From contig JAAOMT010000587.1 in assembly GCA_016748015.1 (NCBI GenBank), positions 10,083-23,238 of the forward strand: a stretch of DNA of 13,156 nt, given 5' to 3'. A program made the translations under genes and the position numbers. Below, in pieces: positions 8,900 through 13,156 of this stretch; position 1 is the stretch's first letter; every line of letters begins with the position of its first letter. The notes under the pieces are model-generated. The model saw nothing but the letters and a program-made list of their open reading frames with translations. It searched no databases and was not told the origin of the DNA. This DNA is from Geosiphon pyriformis uo1. Taxonomy: Eukaryota > Fungi > Glomeromycota.

Positions 8900-10020
8900 A
8901 CTTTTATTATTGTTACTAAACTATTTGAGTTTCTGTTCTTTTGAAAGATCTGAAAGCATGACATATTGTTCAAAGTTTTTATTGAAGATTAAATTATTGT
9001 TATTGTTATTGCCATTTTAAATAGAGTTAGAACTATTGTTGTTATTATTATCAAAGTCTAGATTACAATTAAATTTTGATTTTAATTCTGCTGTACACTT
9101 ATTAATTGGTTTTTTTTCTTTGAGAATTAAATAGATTATATAAAGTAATGAATTGTAAATAAGATTACAATTGTTACAATATTTGAAGTTACTAAGAATT
9201 AAGCAATATTTGTACAGTCTCATATTTAATTGTTCTAGTTTTTGCTTTTGCTCTTTCTTAGTCAGTATTAGGTTTTGGTAGTGCTCATGTAATTGTTTAT
9301 AATATTATTAAAAACATTAAAAATTAAGACAAATTTGGGTTCTGAAAAGATTAATGAGTTATTTTTAATTTTTAGTATTTCTTTAAATAAAGTATTTTTA
9401 ACTTTTACACTTGCCATTCTCCAGATCTTGTGTTTGTTGTATGAACAGCTTCTTAAATATATAAGTGTTTATTTTCAGACAACATTAATTGAAGTCTCTT
9501 TTTATATCCAATTATTGATTAGAATCATATATTGGCATGTTTTGTCATATGTTCTTCTTTATCCAGAAATATTATTCCACATTTTTTTATTGAAAAAGAT
9601 TGTTTCACATATAAAACAAGACTTATTGTCTTATTTTACTTGTTATTTGGGTTATCTAAAGTATTTAAAAATACATAGGTGACAATAATACTTAGTTGCT
9701 ATTGACCATTTTTTGTTATTATTATAATATATATCTATTGTTAACAATTTTTTGCCACAATCAATATATATTAGTTTGGATTAATAATAATTTGGTTGTT
9801 TTAGTAGTGTAATAACATACAAAGTATATATTATAGTAGTGGCTTGAAATTGTTTCTCTTCTCTTTTTTTTTCTTTTTTTTTTTCTTTTCAGATCAAGAT
9901 TAGTAGTAATTTGTTGTAATATTCTTTGGCTCATAAAACTTAATAAGCTTTTCAGATAGATTTTTTTTCTTCTTTCTTAAATTTTATCAATAAATACATA
10001 ATAGTTGGTTTAAAATGGCC
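8900..10020 (-). pseudogene. Uncharacterised Cys-rich polyprotein segment between protease and dUTPase
   Basis: Continues in the protease frame. It contains YIDCGKKL, YYCHLC, SCFICET, YDKTCQY and LYKYCLILSNFKYCNNCNLIY, followed by an N/S/D low-complexity linker. Confidence 0.65.
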
Positions 10021-10400
10021 ACAAGAAGCTGATATTCAAGTTTGCTGACCATTTTAACTAAGCTATAGCTCTTGAATAGTCCAGTTAAGTACAATATTGA
10101 TCTTAAATAGCCAGTCATTACCAACTAGTACTTAGTACTATATAACTTCTATAACAAAAATCTTAATAGACATGACAATACTGTTAATTAAAAAAAAAGT
10201 TGTCAATTTCACCAATTGGAGTCTTTGTTGCTCTATCAGTGGTAATAATTCTAGCACTGACAGCTTAATTAACTTGACAACCTAATTGGTTCATAAGTTG
10301 TTATGTAATAATACTGCTTACTGAACTATTATTAAAGATTAATTTGATAGAATAGCCATCAACTTTGGCATCAGTATATATGGCAGTAATTGGTTTGGCA
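10021..10400 (-). pseudogene. Retropepsin-type aspartic protease, decayed
   Basis: PITAIYTDAKVDGYSIKLIFNNSSVSSIIT, where AAT AAT AGT at 10325-10333 equals DSG (GAT AGT GGT) with three G>A changes. Also IITTDRATKTPIGEI and VLVGNDWL. Confidence 0.85.
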
Positions 10401-10988
10401 TTAAGAATAACTCTACTAAACAGAGTTATTATAACTGATTTTTCTAAATTAAAAGGAAAGATGGCTGTAAATAATTTGTTTTTTATAATAACTGCTAATG
10501 AGATGTTGTTGGTAAGTATTATTGGGTTGGTTTCTAAGTGGTTGGGTAAAGTGTTTTTTGTTACAACCAGAAGGCTTAAATAGTTTTGAGAATTCAGATT
10601 TTGAATGTACCCACTTTCCGAATTCTTAAGATGTAATTCTAATAATTGGTTTAATGAACTGAAAATTGGTTGATACATAACCATCATCAATCTCCAATTT
10701 TGTTGAGTGTAAATAATTCTTAGTCTTTGGTTTTTGGTTGGCATTATAATTTGAAGTAGTGCTAGAATTTGTTAAAGTTGATAAATTATTTGTGGCTATA
10801 GGACTTAATAAATTACCAGTATTAGAATTTGATAGATTGGAAGTAAGTATATTAGTTGTTGTGTTATTAATATGTAAGGTAATAGATATTGTCTTGATTA
10901 ATAATGTATTGGCATAGTTTAGGGTTTGAAACCTGTAATCAGAGTTTTGATATTGATTTTCTAATTATTGTTTATTTTTTTTTAAGCA

Positions 10989-11767
10989 ACAATCTGCTTT
11001 TAATTGGCTTTGTTTATTACAGTAGTAGCAATTATGTATTTTTTGTTATCATAGTTAATTTGATGATAATAATAGACATGACTATTATTAGAAGCAATTA
11101 GAATTTTTTTAATTCTTATAACATTGTAGAGGTTAATAAATTGCCTAATTGTTAATTAAATACTTTTCTAACTTTTGATTAATCAAATTACTAAATTGTT
11201 TCAATTTAGTATCCAATTCAGATGATCTGTTTATTACTAGATTTACAGCTTAAGCATAATTGGTTTTAAGTTCAATCAATTCAAAATCTTTGGCATAAGT
11301 GACTGTGTCTTAGATAATATTAGGCTATATTGGATGTATTTGTTACAAAAGCTACTGTATAATTCATAAATAAATTAATTCAAAATTTGTGGTACTGTAA
11401 AATATTCAGTTTCAATTGCATAAATCTGGTGCAAATTTTGATGAAAATATTCTAAATATATAGTAACTGTTTCTGTGTCTCTTTGTTTAATTGTAATAAA
11501 ATTAGTTAACAAATGGTTAATACTATTATTATTACTAAAATATTGTAGAAATATGGTTTTAAACATGTTAAAGATTTGTGGCTTGTTAATAAGATTTTGA
11601 TATCATAATTTGGTAGTATTTTATAAAAAATAGAGAATAACTTAAAGGGCTTTAGTATTGTCCCAATTATTAACAGTAATTGCTTTGGCTATGTTGTTAA
11701 GTCATGTTTAAGCATTGTCTTTTTCACTGGTGAATTTTTTAAGTTTGAAAATAGATACAAATATCAT
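10989..11767 (-). pseudogene. Gypsy Gag core (capsid) and nucleocapsid zinc knuckle, decayed
   Basis: LKKFTSEKDNA*T*LNNIAKAITVNNW...YFL*NTTKL*Y...FNMFKTIFLQYF...TIKQRDTETVTIYLEYF (MHR-like Q...E.V..Y...F). Knuckle CYYCNKQSQLKADC at 10989-11030 has CX2CX4[H>Q]X4C spacing. Confidence 0.85.
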
Positions 11768-12637
11768 TGGTAGAAGGTGTTGTTATTGTTGTTATGATTG
11801 TTGTAGAGTGGCAATTGGTGTAATTAGTAGTTGATTGATCAAATTTATCAAAAGTAAATTTTGTGAGATAATAAGAGCTGGGTTTAAATTGTTTAAGTTT
11901 TGCTGAATTAGAACAATTGGAATTTGAACTTTCAGATTATTGGAGATTAGATTTTGATTATTATTTCTCTGATTACTGTGTTTTTTTTCTGATTTAGTAT
12001 CTTTCTATTGACTAGTAAATTCGAAATTTGTTTAAAGTGACAAAGATTAAAATTTTAATAGTGTTGTTGATTGCAATATAAATCTTTTAAAGAAATCACT
12101 ATAGATTTCTAATAACTTGGTTTTTTTTTGCTAATTTTAGAACAGTATTTTAAGTAATAATGTTTTTGATATTACTGTAATATGGGTCTTGATAATATGT
12201 AGATAATACTTCTTGATATATAATAATATGACAGGTAAATAAGTAAAATTATTTTTGGTTTTTTCTATATAAGCAGTTGTATTTTTTTGGTGTTTCTGTT
12301 GGTGTTTGTAATTTTTTTTGTTGTCTGTAAAGATAATAGAAAATTTCTGTCAGATGTGATTCTTAATTTTTCTGTTGATTTCTGTAATTAGTGGAGTAAT
12401 CAAATAATTTTATAAAAGTGTGGTGTTTTGAAGTAATTTATTATAGAATTTATTAAAGGCTGCTTCTAGATTTTCTTGGTCTTTTAAGTAGAATTTAATC
12501 TTTTTGTTAATGTAGAAATTGAAAGCTAATTCTGCTGGCCAATGGCTATTTATTAATTTAAGGTAAGTTTGATAGTATTAGAATAAAGCTTTAGCAAATT
12601 TCAAGTGGTTTGTTCCTATTTTTTTTGATTCTGTCAT
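11768..12637 (-). pseudogene. Long N-terminal Gag extension or upstream ORF of unknown function, decayed
   Basis: From ATG 12637: MTESKKIGTNHLKFAKALF*YYQTYLKLINSHWPAELAFNFYINKKIKFYLKDQENLEAAFNKFYNKLLQNTTLL*NYLITPLITEINRKIKNHI. This is coding-like with sparse stops and is followed by a Q/N-rich linker to the Gag core. Confidence 0.55.
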
Positions 12638-13156
12638 TGTTCCAGATAATTGTTGTTGGTGCTAGTTTTCTGCTGAATTATATTTCACAAGAAGCATAAA
12701 TAATTATTTGGGGTGTTGAAACAAATAACAAACTTATAATTTGATACTTAATAGTTGTGAATATTAATATTTTTTAAAGGTTTTGGTTAAGGCTTTTGTA
12801 TAATAAACAGAGATTTAATTAATGTTTTGTACCTTTTTAGAAGCTATATTCTGTGAATTTTTTTCTTTAACATAATGGCCAGTTTATTTTGACAATTGTG
12901 TTTTTTTGGTAAGTTATCCTTAAATTTCTACTCTTATTTTTGGGTTTTTTACTAAGCTATTCTTAATATCAAATACTCATCACTTAATCTTTTTAATCAA
13001 TTAATAAACAATAAAAAAATAAAACAAACAAAAATAAAAAAAAAATAAAAGAAAATAAGAAAAAAAAATAAGAAATTAGTATCTTATCAATAGTAATAAT
13101 TAAGAACTATTGGTCTAGTATGGTTAAGTATTAGATACTATTAATATGAAGTGTTG

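Larger units (their letters stand above)
4965..13156 (-). mobile_element. Ty3/Gypsy (Metaviridae) LTR retrotransposon internal region, heavily mutated, carrying a dUTPase
   Basis: Domain order on - is Gag, PR, dUTPase, RT, RNase H, IN; RT-RH-IN order is diagnostic for the Gypsy type. The integrase C-terminus and 3' LTR are missing (interrupted by LINE B). The 5' LTR is largely or entirely outside the window. Confidence 0.9.

Noticed and set aside
9293-11101. Hydrophobic plus-strand ORFs 9293-9682, 10365-10583 and 10904-11101 as membrane or env-like proteins
   Set aside because: They are antisense to gag-pol, and their I/L/F/Y richness follows from the T-rich mutated strand.
13000-13080. A-rich tract as a LINE poly(A) tail
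   Set aside because: It is an interrupted A tract with no adjacent LINE 3' end on +. It fits a T-rich leader of the minus-strand Gypsy element better.
1-13156. Alternative genetic code (stop-codon readthrough) explaining the in-frame stops
   Set aside because: All three stop types occur, at expected W, Q and R positions, and catalytic residues are also destroyed. This is mutational decay.

Overview
This window is eukaryotic, AT-rich and made entirely of nested, decayed retroelements. I see no host gene, RNA gene or CRISPR array. The protein families resemble repeats I recall from Glomeromycotina fungi such as Geosiphon (inference, no search run). From left to right: (1) non-LTR/LINE copy A on +, with a decayed ORF1 (RRM-like folds plus a CCHC knuckle) and the ORF2 APE endonuclease, cut at 1998; (2) a 981-bp solo LTR (TGTTAC...GTAACA, 1999-2979) whose two flanks come from different LINE copies and share no TSD; (3) LINE copy B on -, with its 5' end near 4964, a full ORF1 and only 15 codons of ORF2; (4) a large Ty3/Gypsy element on - (about 4965-13156) with the order long N-terminal extension, Gag/CCHC, protease, unknown Cys-rich domain, dUTPase, [gap], RT, RNase H, integrase. 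It is saturated with C>T/G>A changes and carries a second copy of the same LTR inside RNase H. The most notable observations are the protease-[Cys-rich]-dUTPase-RT Gypsy architecture, the recombinant LTR joining two convergent LINEs, and RIP-like decay. Two N gaps (6558-6993, 7769-8531) limit interpretation. All translations and counts were done by hand.
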